Notes under the pieces: model-generated | The model's database searches: none | What the model was told of the DNA's origin: nothing | What the model saw: only the letters and a program-made list of their open reading frames with translations | In this document: one piece after another, positions 1 to 13,800 of the stretch | Layout: each line of letters begins with the position of its first letter | How positions within the stretch are numbered: the first letter of the stretch is position 1 | Assembly (NCBI GenBank): GCA_044892505.1 | Contig: CM097883.1 | Coordinates: 189,348,323-189,412,000, forward strand | Direction of reading: 5' to 3' | Origin: Schmidtea nova | Lineage: Eukaryota | DNA: 63,678 nt | Program-made: the position numbers and the translations under genes

Positions 1-819
1 ACATAAATAGTATATAATACATCTCATAACTTGCTGGTGCACTGTTTACGTTAAAAGAAATTCTTCATGAAGATTAGTTCTATTATTAATCTAAATAAGC
101 AGAATCTTAATGGAACAATTTTGGTAAATACTATTTTCTAGTCCATTTGATGATTATCAAGCCTAGCACTGATAATAATTGCCTTCAACATCCAAATGAT
201 TAATATTTCCCTATTACATGAAAACAGTGTCAATAAAGTTGTAACTCACCTGTTGATACAAATTCTCTATTGTTTGCATTTATATTTGTCATGCCAGAAT
301 CAAATTGAAAAATTTTGTCTTAGAGAAATTATCTTTTTTTTAAAATAATTGGTTTTCAATGAATAAGAAAGCAAAAATTTATCAACTCGTAACCCTAAAC
401 TATATAAATTTTTCTATTTTATTCAATTTAGTTAAATTAAATAATAAAATAAATTGATATATTACCGATGAAGTTTTACATGCTATTAAAATAGATAATA
501 ATGAGCCCGTTCAATTAAAGTTCTTTGACAGATTACTATTATAAATAAAACGTGTCATACGGCAACAGTGTAGGATTTACTAAAGAGATAAATTTATTAT
601 TCGCACGCTAATCACTTACCTAGTATGAGCTAAAATTATTGTATGGACCAAAGTAAAATTATTGATTAATGATTGGGATATCTTTAGAAACTAATAATAG
701 AAAGTGATACAATATAAAAATTATTTTCGTATTTTAATTATCATTCTATTTAATTTAAATACTTTATATTATTTATATTTTAAAATAATTTTTGATTTTG
801 ATTAATACTGCTGTTTTAG

Positions 820-1169
820 TCATGCGGCTGTGTTATTCGACCATTGGTTGATAAATCCGAAATACACGTTGGGCCTAACGGTTTTCATTTTAGTTCCATT
901 CGGGATGCTATATCAAGCATACATCCATATTGTACAGTTATTGTTCATCCTGGCAACTATGATGAACAAGTAACGATATTACTTTCGACGTAATGGAACC
1001 GTACAAAATAAAAATTTTTCAGGTTAAAATATCAGTCATGATGCCTTTTCAAATGATTGGATCTGGAATGAATAGCCCAATAACAATTTATTTTGACTGT
1101 GATACTTCGGCTGTGAGAATGTGTAATTTATTCATCAAACCTCCTTGGTTTAGTGAAATTTTGCTGAGA
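820..1169 (+). CDS. Host beta-helix (PbH1, FBXO10/11-like) gene, exons 820-969 and 1023-1169
   Basis: AG/GT-bounded exons of 150 and 147 nt around a 53-nt intron. They read ...HFSSIRDAISSIHPYCTVIVHPGNYDEQ|VKISVMMPFQMIG..., the typical start of a pectin-lyase-like beta-helix as in FBXO10/11. Confidence 0.75.
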
Positions 1170-1295
1170 GTTTGTTTTTTATTTAATTTTAATTAATTTT
1201 AAATTGTTTTTGCTTAAAATGGAAATATGTGAAAATTTTTAAAATTTTTAATTATTAGGTTTTTATATTAAATTATCATTACTATTGTTTTTTAT

Positions 1296-1952
1296 AATAA
1301 GGTAACAGTGTTAAGCCTTTCTATGCAATGTTTATTAAATGAAATATTTCGATCTTAAAATTATCCTGATCTCTCCAGTACGAAATTATTTCCAATCGAC
1401 TTCTACTTCTTGTTGGATATTTTCTTTCTCCTGAATTCTGATTTAATTTTAATTATTAAAAGAAATTAAGATTTATGCATTAGACAAATTAAATTAAATT
1501 AAAAAATTTTTCAAATATTATTTGACAAATTTAAACTTTTTAAACTTTTTATTAATTTTCAATAATTAAAGCGTTTTTTTATTTAAAAAATTTTAAAAAT
1601 CACATATAGAACCAATGTTTTCTTATTAATTAAATGATCTATTTTTTAATTAGAATATTTAAAAAAAATTGAAAACCACTTCCATACACAAAATTAAAAT
1701 CATTTTCTCAACAAAAAGCTCATTTTATGAATTTCTCAAGGACAAATTTCACTCTGAATTTTAATATTTTTAAAATTTTATCCGTAGCTTATTTTGAAGA
1801 CAACGTTAATCTGGCTCAAATTGTAAATTATAAAAATAAAAATTGTTTTAGTCAATTGGAAAAAATTTCGTATTGGAGTGATCATGATCTTTTTAAGATC
1901 GAAATATTTCATCAAATGAAGATTGCAGAGAAACACTGTTACCTTATTATTA
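1296..1952. mobile_element. MITE-like element with about 100-bp degenerate terminal inverted repeats
   Basis: 1296-1395 (ataataaggtaacagtg...gaaattatttccaat) is an imperfect reverse complement of about 1856-1952. A related copy starts near 23432. Confidence 0.55.
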
Positions 1953-2496
1953 TATTTTAATAAACTCTGCTAACGACAAAACAATTTATATTTATATTGT
2001 TTTTTATGTTGTCGTAAAACTATTTTTTTTAAATATATTATTTGATTTAACACACATTTCATTTTTTTGTTTGTTTTTTTTTCAACACGTATTTTCAGCA
2101 CTACCCTTTCAAGTGTTATTTATTATAATTAAATTTATCATTTTACTTATATAATTACACTTTGTGTGAAGTTTTGTCTCAATTTTGATCGCAAAATGTT
2201 ATATTCGAATAAAGTCTAATGAATTGAGACTCAGTGATGCAATTTGTAATTTATTCAAAATATATTTATAAAGCAAATAAAAATTATTTTTTTAAGTTGG
2301 ACTATATTGTAGTCATTGGAGAACAGGGCAATTACATATTTCCTTTCATCAATAATATCAAAGTGGTTAATAGGTCGAAAAATAAATTTTAAATTTTATG
2401 TGCTAATGTAAAAAAAATGAATAATTCAGAATGAAATTGTTCGACAATACATCATTATTTCTTATTAATTAAATGATGGAAAGTTTTCTATTCTAG

Positions 2497-2697
2497 GTTC
2501 GAGGAGGTTTCGCTCAGATGGAAACATGTGATTTAGCAAACGGAGAAATTCACGTAACGAGCCCCGGGGTATTGGCCATGCGTTATTGCAATTTAAATAA
2601 TGCCAAAATTTCTTTCTTTAAAAGTTGTTGTTCAACAATTGAACATTGTGAATTCAAAAACAATACAGATTTTAACGAATTTATACACGTTGAAGGT
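2497..2697 (+). CDS. Host beta-helix gene exon (3' boundary uncertain)
   Basis: ttctag acceptor in phase with the previous exon; VRGGFAQMETCDLANGEIHV...STIEHCEFKNN has a beta-helix pattern. Confidence 0.65.
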
Positions 2698-3223
2698 GGC
2701 CCACGATATGAAAGGATAACTGCGTGTACATTCTTATTGAATCAGATAAAAAAATCTCTTCCATTTCATCTAGAATCGCACAACAGATACAAAAGCAACT
2801 CAAATAGAAATGAGTAGAACAATTTTACTTTATTATGATATTATTAATAAATATTTATAGTCTCATTGTAAAGTAAAAATTATAAAATAATAATTCTATT
2901 CAATCTAATATGAGACCTATCTAAATTCATTAGTAGAATTAAAAAAATTGTTGCTACAATAAAGCTAGGAATATTTATTATTCCATTCTTAAGTCAGGTA
3001 CAATTCATAGGAGACGAAAATTGATTTTTACTTCGAGAAATTGAATTACTATCTTCCAGCATTATAGACTTAGATTGGATTTTTATTTTCAAATTTTGTT
3101 TATATTAAATTACTTACAAAAATATTACTTGTAATAATCAGTAGATAATCATATAGCGTTGGCGAGTCACTCACGTACCTAGTGAATTATTTAAATAAGA
3201 TAATAATTATCATATATGTATAT

Positions 3224-4601
3224 CATGGGTTCTCAAGGTGTGTCGCGAAATTTTTTGAAATTTTATTTATATTTGATGTTGGATATAAAGTTATTTATTG
3301 ATAAACAATACTAATAAATTTTAAATTTAATTGTTATTTGCTGTAATTGCATAATATATCTAAAAATTATGTTTATATTTACTAATTTTTAGTTTCTAAA
3401 GCTTTACATATTTTAATTATTTAAATAGAAAATCAAACTAAAATATTAAGTGAGATCAGAGTATATAAAAAATACCCCATATATTTAATGGATAAATTTA
3501 TTGATATTAAAAAGAAGAATTCAAATGAAAAGGATGATGAACCCCCAAAGCAAATTGAAACCAAAAAATTTTTAAAAAAATCACAAAAAGAAAATATAGA
3601 GATGCCTATTTAAAATTTGGATTTGATTATAAAGTTGAAAATGAAACGCATATACCAGTTTGTATAATATGTTGTGTAAAATTATCAAATGAATCTCTTG
3701 TTCCTAGCAGGCTTGGTAGGCATCTTATTACTTGCCATCCAAGTTTGAAAGATAAACCAATAGGTTATTTTGAGCAGCTGAAAGAGTCTTCAAAGACATC
3801 AAAGCACAAATTTAGAAAATTTGCGAAAATTTCTGAAACAAGTCTAATGATTTCTTAAAAATCTCAGAATTAATTGTAATAAAAAAGAAATCTCATAATA
3901 TCGGAGAGGAATTAATTTTGCATGCCTGCAAAGTTATCATGAAAGAATTGTATGGACCTCAAAGTGAAGTGGATATTATCAGCATTTCGCTTTCAAATGA
4001 TACTATTAGAAGAAGAATATCGGATATGTCTGCTAATATAGAATTTACAATTTCAAACTATATTTCAAAAAAATTGCAATTTGAACTTCAGTTGGATGAA
4101 AGTATGGATATTTCCGGGAAAAGTTAACTTTTTTTGTTTTATTAGATTTATTTACAACGAAGATTTTTTTGACCAGTTTTTATTTTGCAATGAATTCTAA
4201 ACAACTACTACAGGAAAAAATATTTTTGAAATTGTAGATATATATTTCAAAGAAAATGCAACATCATGGGAATGTTGTATGTCGATTTGCTCAGATGGTG
4301 CAGCAGCCATGATAGGTCATATTAAGGGATTTCTTGCATTTTCCAAATTGCAAAATTCTAGTATTATCTTTACACATAGTTTTCTTCATCGTGAAGCTTT
4401 GGTAATTAAGTCTATGAAAAATGGAATATTTACCGATGTAATTAAATCTACTATTGAAATGGTGAATTATATCAAGATGAGACCCGTAAAATCCTGGATA
4501 TTTGAGAAATTATGTGAAGAAAACGATTCAGAATATAAAAATTTATTAATGCATACAGAAGTAAGATGGATTTCCAAAGGAAATATGCTTGAAAGGCTAC
4601 T
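3224..4601 (+). pseudogene. Degenerate hAT transposase (Buster/Charlie, ZBED8/SCAND3-like), truncated by an assembly gap
   Basis: End-like catgggttctcaa at 3224. From ATG 3488: BED-like CIIC...LGRHL, SLSNDTIRRRI, LQLDES, CSDGAAAMIG, HSFLHREAL and HTEVRWISKG motifs, with several in-frame stops. Confidence 0.85.
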
Positions 4602-7600
4602 NNNNNNNNNNNNNNNNNNNNNNNNNNNNNNNNNNNNNNNNNNNNNNNNNNNNNNNNNNNNNNNNNNNNNNNNNNNNNNNNNNNNNNNNNNNNNNNNNNN
4701 NNNNNNNNNNNNNNNNNNNNNNNNNNNNNNNNNNNTGTTTATAAATTCTAAAAAATTTGACCGTTATTTGATGGGCTAGTTATTATTATTCTTGTATAGA
4801 AAATATTAAACTAAAACTATTTTATAAATTTGCTTGAAAACAAGTCTTCAACTTTATTTAACTTTCATTTGTCCGTCAAAATATTTAACACTTAAGTACC
4901 TTGGTTCAATATAGGCCAATATATAAATTTATATTAAAAAGCAATATATTATATACTTTTATTTTTTTGGTAATTTATTATTAATAAATTCAAATAGAAG
5001 AGAACAAAATATTCCAAATAAATTCAATACTAAAATCTTTCCTTTGGGTCAAAATAGACCCGAGGGACGGGTGAAGGTCAATAGTTATTAAAATTATTAA
5101 TCAAAAATTTACTATTTCTTCTTTGTTTCTTGGTTTATCATGTTTGAATGTTATTCACTGTTTAGGTAGCTAATCAGTCACTTTCCAGTAAATTGGTAGA
5201 CATTTATCACTTAAAGATTTTGCGGCATCCAAACGCATTTTACTAAAATAATCGGGCAAATACTAATAAAATTCAAGATTGACAACTTCATTATACTTTT
5301 CTTTTATCACCGTATTGCTTTGTATTTAAATTAATTTCATCTCCATATGACTTTTTGCTTCTTCGGCGTTAAAAGAAAACGGAGCACTAAAAAAGTAAAA
5401 AATCGTTTTTGCATTATTTGAATCCTTTAAATCAGTTTTCATAATTATGCTATAGGTCTTAAGTATTTGAAGCTTTTTTGCAAAAATCAAAACTGTAAAA
5501 GAATTGCTGGTAATTTTCGTATGAAAAAAATGAACTAAATTACAATTTTGCATTTGTCTTTTTCTGGATTACGAGTTTGAACTTAAAAGCTTTAATGAAG
5601 TTCTTCATAAATATGACAACTATATTTCGACCGTAAAATTTTAAATTTAATTAGTTTACTTTTCGCGTAATGATGCCCAACTTATGTAACCAGTTTTATT
5701 TTCAAGTTGTTCTACTGACTCTTCATTTCGAAAAACATTTTGATTTCATTGCAAAGTTACAAAAATCGTTACAAAAAGCTAAAGTACTTCCCTGTAATAA
5801 AAACACCCATATTCACTTTCGATTTCCGAGAGTAATGAGAAAAACAAGTGTTGATTCAGTTCTCAAGATCGTATAAAATTTATAGTTTTCTTTTTAAAAT
5901 TGTATTCTATCATAATTATCTTTTGGTTTCATATTTGATCGCTTTTTATTTATATCAATAATTTTCATAATTGTATGACTACAGATCAAAAAACAAAGTT
6001 TTATATAAGATTTTTAACATAGCATTTATCAAGTGTGTATTTCCTTGATACATACTTGTACACACTTAATAAAGGCTGTGCTGAAATATCGTGAATAAAA
6101 AATATTTTTTGATCTATAGCTATACAATTATGTAAATGATTGATAAAAATTGTATATAAAAATCAAAAATCTGACATATCTCTACAAATTAAACAAAAAA
6201 CTATCTTTCAGTTCTATAAAAATAAGTTAACTCCAATCTTGACTGAAAAAATATATTTTCATCTTGTGATAAATCTTTGCTTTGCGCTTTTAGAAATGAT
6301 TTTTTTCCTATAAAATAAAGACTTAAAATAAATAAAATTATTTATTAATTAATTTTTAAATAAATAAATTAAAAAATAATTTTTAAAATAATTTATTTTT
6401 ATGTTTTAGTATTTATGTCACTCTTCACTGTCATGAGCCAACGAGCTTTACCATCGTATCTGGAGTAAAAATGTGAAATTTGTGTTTTTTTATGATTTAT
6501 GTGTTGGGCCAGCAGAAATCTTTACGTTTCTTCTTTACTGACGTGGTGGTTTAACGAACATCTGAGGTGCTAGTGTGAAGCAAGCCTTCTTCAACAAATG
6601 AGATCAGACGAAGCCTTAATTGCCAACGGTTTCAGGTGTATTGAGCATAAAATTTGCCTCATTTTTTGCTTTATGTATTCAAACCTTTTTTTCGAAAAAC
6701 TTAAGCCTCAAATTTTTTTGTTCATTTCAATCATCTTCAAGTCTTACTAAAGTGTTTTAAAGATCACTGTAATAAGCATTTTTATTTTACCTGTTTTTAA
6801 ATAGATATTATTTTAATAAATATATATTTTTTCTTTTCTTGGTACCTTTTGTGGACCGACAGGTGAATGCCCACAGATCGACACCGGTCCTCGGCCACCA
6901 ATTTCAAAAGCACTGATATATGCAGTGATATATTAATAAATCACATTGATCTTTTACTTGATATTTTAGACGAATCTTAGATTAGAAAACCACCTCTTTG
7001 TCTATCTATAAAATACATTTCATTCTATGGAATATAAATAATTTTATTGTCATAGAATGGTAAAATAACTTCAGATCTTGCATTATTTAGTTTTCATTAT
7101 TTAAATTTTACTTTTGTCAATGCTCTAAAAGCATATTATTCAGATATTTTCTTCCTATACTGAGGAAAACAAAAAGTTGTGACAATCTCAACTTTCTTCG
7201 AAAGACTTCAATAAGTTCTATGAAATCATCACCAATCCAAAAGTAATTTTTTATTTCTATTTCATTATTTTTATTTCATTGATAAACTTTATCACATTTT
7301 CCATTTTAAGTACGTTGGAACACAATATTTTCTGATGTATAATACAGTGAAGAGTTTTTTAAACAATAAATCAAAAGAAAATTTAATTTTCCAATTTAAA
7401 GAAAATTGTCGTAACTGCATTTTTTAACACCAGATAAAGGAAGTGCCAAAAAAGTGTATAAAATTTGGAAAAAAATTTGATTATTTTTTTCTAGTTCCTC
7501 ATAACTTTTTTAGCGGAAATTTATAGTGTACATATCCATTTTGATTGATCATAACATTTTTAAAAACAATTTTTATTGTAGTAACATTCACAGGTTCAAC

Positions 7601-8102
7601 AATAGATTTTCTTTACCAAAAAATGTATTTATAGTGCTTACAATACTTGCAAAACCTAAGCTGTTTTTACATTTTTTATTTGTATTACCTCTCAGTGACA
7701 ATCTATTTATATTAATTATGATAAAATATAACAAAAGAATACATTGTTGAGGATGAATATGTCGATTTCATTCATTGTATAATTTTTACAAAAATGTTTT
7801 TGAAATTTCATAATAATTTTTTTTTCATAATAATTTTTTTTAAAACCCCTAGACAATATTTTGAAATTGGAAATCATTTCATTCTAAAACATAGAACATG
7901 CATTTTGAAATTTTAATTAATTTTACTAAGTAGTCAATCTAGAAATAAATAAATAAAATTTATTAATGAATTGTTGATTGTTTTATTCAATCAAGTTGGT
8001 TGCAGTTTTTGTATTGTAAATTAAAAAATGAATGATATTAATGGATTTCTTAAAATTCAATTTTCTCTATTTGAGTTATTTTTTTTGAAAGTTTATTCGA
8101 CG

Positions 8103-8201
8103 ATGTTAATTTACAAAGACATGATTTTTACAGATGAAATAAGCAATGATTCGTACCCGATGAAATTAATTGATGATATTATATATGAATTCAATGGAAA
8201 G
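8103..8201 (+). pseudogene. TCTP (translationally controlled tumour protein)-like N-terminal fragment
   Basis: MLIYKDMIFTDEISNDSYPMKLIDDIIYEFNGK follows the conserved TCTP N-terminus (MxIYKD..DE..DxY.MKLxDDxIYE..GK); similarity stops soon after. Confidence 0.6.
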
Positions 8202-8470
8202 AATAGCACCATTAAAAATTTCATAATCTCACCAACAATATGTTAAGTTCTATTGTTTCTGAAAACAAAAGCGACAAAATCAGTACCACGATGCCGTTTT
8301 TAATTGAAGAAGATTGATTTGCTTGCCAAGAAGGCAGAGAAGTTATCTCAAATTTAGCGAAAGCTACCGGATTAGCTGGCATGATATCGGCTCTCCGTCC
8401 TGATAGAGACAAAATTGATGAAGCTGAGAGAGAGAAATATATTGCAAAATTATATTTTAAAAAATGGTGT

Positions 8471-8476
<6 letters not shown>

Positions 8477-8535
<59 letters not shown>
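8477..8535. repeat. (TA)n microsatellite abutting the pogo element end
   Basis: Direct observation. Confidence 0.95.
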
Positions 8536-8538
<3 letters not shown>

Positions 8539-10838
8539 CTAATTCTGTTTTTACGCGATAGATACGTTCCTCAAAAATTCCCGTAAAAAAGATATAGTAT
8601 CCATATAAAAGTATGATATTGGTTCCGAATTTTCAAAATCAACCAAGATAATGTGATTAAAATATACAAATTTATATTTTTAGGTGTTTTACAAATTTTA
8701 TATTTATTTAAACATATATTTATAAGTATAATATTAAAGGACAAACGAAAAAAATGATAAAAATACTAATTAAACAAAAATATTCATAATTTAACAAAAT
8801 ATCACAAAAAAATTCATTTTAATAAAACAAAAAATGGCAAAATATATTATAAAACATATTTTTTAATTGCTGTCACTTCCTGATGATATACGCATTCGTT
8901 TATGTGAGACTTGAACGTCACTGTCATCACTAGAAATATTTGCAACTTCATTTTCATGTTCAAGTGTTGTTGATGTTTCAGTTGTTTTGAGTTTAGTCAC
9001 AAATTCAGTTATCAATCGTTGTGTTCTCGGTTTGATAATGCTGTTATATAATTCACGATAATTACCCATTAATAATTTCACGTCCCGTTCAAATTTCCGA
9101 GCTCTTTCCTCAATATGATCATGCTTGCTAAAATGATCGCTCAATTTAGCTGCTCGTTGCAGTCCTTCTTTGATTAGATCTGGGGTGAGGGTAGGAATCT
9201 CTACTTCATCTTCACTTATTTCTTGGGCATCAGGCGTTTCAAGCGCAAAACCAATGATTTCATCAGTGCTAAGTCCCTTATCCACTAATAATTCTTCGAT
9301 ATCTGCAGACGAGAGATCATCAAAACCTTATCCGCCTACTTCATGAGCTAAGGCTATAAAATTGGTATACTCGACTGTATTAGACGACATTGGATCTTTA
9401 TTTTTGACTCATTCTGGCCAAAGGGACTTCCAACATGCGTTTAAAGTTAATGGTTTTAGTTCTGATAGTGCCAATCCAGCATGTTTAATGCAGTCATTAA
9501 TAGAAAATTTCTTCCACGCGTCCATGACTTTTAAATTTTCATCATTCATTAATTTATCTAAAATGTATCGGAATGTTTGCTTTAGATAATAGGTCTTAAA
9601 GGTTGCTACGATTCCTTGATCCAGTGGTTGTATCAACGAAGTCGTATTAGGCGGCAAAAAACAAAATTCGACATTTGGGTGCTCCATATGGGGATGACCT
9701 GGTGTGTTGTCTATAATCAACAGAACCTTGAATTCGAGACCTTTATCGCTCATAAAGCGCCGAACTTCTGGTACAAAATTTTTTAAGAACCATTCCTTTA
9801 AAGTTTCAGTAGTCACCCAGGCTTTTTTATTTGCTGTCCAGTGGACTGGCAATCTACTAAAATTTACATCTTTCATTGACCGTGGTTTTAGTGCTCGATT
9901 TACAAGTAAAGGTTTCAGCATTCGATCTCTTGAAGCGTTAGAACAAAATAAAAAGGTCACGCGATCCTTGGCTACTTTAAACCCACTTGTAATTTTCTGG
10001 GATTAGGCTACGTATGTTCTGCTCGGCATTCTTTTCCAGAAAAGGCCTGTTTCATCTGCATTCCATACCTGATCCGGAGTGTAGCCACGTTCTTCAATTA
10101 TTTTATCCAATTTTTGGGGAAATGCTTTAGCTGCATCCTCATCTGCAGATGAAATTTCACCCCTAATTTTTATTTTATGAAGCGCGTGCCTTTGCAGATA
10201 ACCTGTCATCCAACCTGTACTTGCAGAAAATTCAAATTTTTTATCTTTCTGGCGTGATGTTTGTGGTTCCATTTCTTTCATCTGCTTATAAATTCGTAAT
10301 GCCATCTGCTTTATGCCATTTCCATCAACAGGTATCCGTTTTTGTGAGCAATTCTTCATCCATATTACAAGAGCATTCTCCATTTTCTCTTTTACAGTGT
10401 CTCTTATGTATGATGTTGTATGAGCACTCATATTTGTTCCAGCAATCACAGATTTTCTGATAGCTTCTTCATTTTTTATAGTTCTTATGGTTGATTCTTT
10501 TAAATTAAAATATTTCCCTAAAGAAGTGGCACCTTCTCCAGTGGCTAGTCTATCCAAAATTTTGATTTTAATTTCCAAAGAAATAGCTTTTCTATTCGTT
10601 TGTTTTTTAGCTGACATTATTAATTGTAATGAGGTTCCTATAAAAAAAAATTATTTGCATGTAATAAATGATTGGACTTAAAATTATAAATTACCTTTAA
10701 CTTTAATTGAATTTATATTTGAATTTTTTTTGCTAAAAATGAATTTTTTTGCATCGCGTTAAATCAAATCAAATCGCGTAAAAACAGAACGAAATAATTT
10801 TGTTGAATCGCGTTAATTCAAATTCGCGTAAAAAAAGT
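8536..10838 (-). mobile_element. pogo/Tigger-family DNA transposon remnant; transposase pseudogene 8863-10617
   Basis: One frame with about 3 premature stops: HTH (RKAISLEIKIKIL), CENP-B-type HTH, WNADETGLFWKRMP and DDE_1 (LLIIDNTPGHP, LPPNTTSLIQPLDQG). End sequence cacctaattctgtttttacgcg follows TA, with the inverted motif at about 10774-10790. Confidence 0.9.
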
Positions 10839-13800
10839 NNNNNNNNNNNNNNNNNNNNNNNNNNNNNNNNNNNNNNNNNNNNNNNNNNNNNNNNNNNNNN
10901 NNNNNNNNNNNNNNNNNNNNNNNNNNNNNNNNNNNNNNNNNNNNNNNNNNNNNNNNNNNNNNNNNNNNNNNNNNNNNTACTAAAATTACAATATTTATTT
11001 ATCAAGTTAAATTGCTATTTGAAATCAATTTGAAATTGGTCATAATGCTCCTATAAATTCTTAAAATAATTATCAAGCTTTTAATTTTGTTTTTAGGTTT
11101 TTGTTCAAAAATCTTGTACTTAGTGATTTGAATATTGTAATATACATCTAAGATAGGTGCGATATTATTAGATTAGGAGTTGGTAACCGCCGGCCGCGAA
11201 CATGTGCAGATGTTTCGAAATATGTATGATAAACGATCTTCGAATAATACATCTTATGAAATATTGCTGTTTTTATTTAATGTTTCTATTAAATTGGTTA
11301 TCATTTACATCCTTTACTTTTTTCAACTTTGATCACTTTTTTTCTATTTCAGAAATTTTTATTCTTTCTATATAAAATAGTTATTTTTTATGTAAAGTCC
11401 ACGAATTTTGATTCATAGTCTATAAACATGAAAATTTTTTAAATTGGTTATAAAATATTAAGTGTGATTTAAAATAAAAATATTTTAAAATTTCATTTAG
11501 ATTTGTGCCACGAGTAAAAACGTGAATATGTTCACACGAAGCGCAATGAATAACATAAAATTGTAATAGAATTTTTTTATAAGAAATATAAAGGGTTTCT
11601 ACTTTAAATATTTAATTTTCTACTTATTTCGTAAAATAATTTATTTACTCCGTAAAATATTTTTAAAGATTATGAAAGTTTGGTAAAATCGCGCAGATGC
11701 TCCCGGTCATTTTAGAATGAAAAAAGCAAAAAAACTCTATATCAAAAATTAAAATCCAAACATAAAGATATTTTTCCTTTTTACAATTTTTCCTTCAACC
11801 ACATTACTTAGGTCAAAATATTTGATTGTATTGTTGACAACAAGTTTCACATAATTTTTACACAGCTCTTTTGTTATAAAAGTTACAAAATAATCCAGTT
11901 TTATCGAAAAATACCAAGTTTCTTTCTTCGTTTGTGGTCTTTAATAACCATTAACTGTATAATTTTGCGATATTAATGACTCAGTGACTGCAGATATTAA
12001 ACTTGTAAAATTCTTTTAGTGGGATTTTAGGAGGATTTGAGCCAATTAGCACAAACACAAGACCCATCTTAGTGGGAAAATCTGCGCCACTCACTTTTTG
12101 GCTTACATCATGTATGTGTATAATGGCCTTATACAAATTTAAGCGTGAGAATTCTGTGCTACTCACTTTTTGGCTTACTTCGTGTGCGTGTGTGTAATGG
12201 GCCTATATAAATTTAGACGAGGGAAAATTAGTTTACTCAGTTCTTGGTTTACATTGTGTATATGTGTTTTGGTACAGAATTTTTCAGACTTTTCTGGCTC
12301 AATATTTGTGACCTACATTTTACGTTTTAGTTTTAATTTTAACAATAATGTGTGTTTTTATTTTAATAATGTTAGTTAATCTTGTTTGAATTTTCAAAAC
12401 AATGTTCTTTTTTAATTTAAAAAATAGTGTGTTTTTTGTTTTATTCTTAAATAATGTGTGTGTTTTGTTTTAATTTTGTTATTCCTGTCAACTAGTAATT
12501 TTTGTTTTAATTTTAAAAGGTTTTCAGTCACTTTATAAATAAATTAAATTTTCAAACTTGAAATTAATAAACTGAAAAAATAAAATGAATTCTAACATCT
12601 TGAAATTTGTGGACTTATTAAACAAATGAGTTTTTAAAATGTAAATCATATTTTTAAAACTTTTTTTTAAGTTTTACTAATTATTTTAAAAATGTTCCCA
12701 CGTTCAAAGTCTTAATTTCTTCTAACGCTTCTCACCCAGGTTACTCTTTTTTTCTCGCAAGAATATCCAAAATCAAAGGTTTTTTTTAATTATCAATATT
12801 ATTGTTCAAATGTTTTATATAATTACATAATTTTCATTAAATTATCATATTAGAGGTCGTTTAAATTCCTTTCAATCTGACTTCAGTGAGTATATCTGTG
12901 TCGTAAAGTAGCATGACTATATTGTTGTTGTGTTGTGGAATTGAAAACTTTCAAATAATTATCAAATTAAAATTAAAATTTCATTAAAATAGGTAAAATT
13001 CAGAAAATCCACACTCAAGTTAATCTCGCGTTACTCAAGGACCATCGAATTATGCACTTATTGCCTGTTTTTGGTAATGAAAGTAGGTTGAATAATTGCA
13101 CCAGAAGAAAATCCAGTACTAGCTCCTTTGATGATCTTCAATTTAATTTTTACAAAGCTTCAGTAAAGTAGTCAATTTAATTTGTTTTTTATGATTTAAT
13201 TTTAATTAAAATACAATGAATTTTCGATAAGTGTCATACTCGTTAAGTATCAGACTCAATAGCTTTTTAAAATTGATTCATTAAAATTCGATAACTGTTA
13301 AATGATTTTAAAATAATAAATTAACCCCTTGTGACACTTGTCGAAAATTTTCTATATTAAATATATTGGTTAATAGAGGCAGAATCTCATAAATAATCAT
13401 CATGTCATTAATGACTTTATTTAGTAAAAATATGATTTATCTTATATTTAAAAAAACTTTCTTTGCATAAGAATAATCTGACTTATTTAATATTATATAT
13501 TTTACTAAAAATTATAAACAATGATTTTCAACAAATAAGACAAAATCATCTCTTCGGAAAGAGACACAGATCTTTACGGTGAAAGAAATTTGTTATTGGA
13601 GGTTTTTTAAGTTGTGATTTAGAGGTACCAAGGTGAAAAAGGTTGTGTTGATGAAGACAGTTAAAACTAGGTTATGGATTTGTCCTCGTGTCTCCGAGAT
13701 TCTCATTTAGGAAGTATTTTGATAAAAAAAATTCAGGTAGTTATCATTCATCCTCTATTATTATTATATTTACTAAAAAATTCTATTTTCAGGACGTATA

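Noticed and set aside
6880-6914. Isolated hAT-like right ends (…caaaagcactg here; …gggaaccactg near 25750)
   Set aside because: No matching left end or TSD could be assigned, so they were not called as elements.
8221-8538. ORF with a YIYIYI run (also 23120-23416)
   Set aside because: Translation of (TA)n microsatellites.
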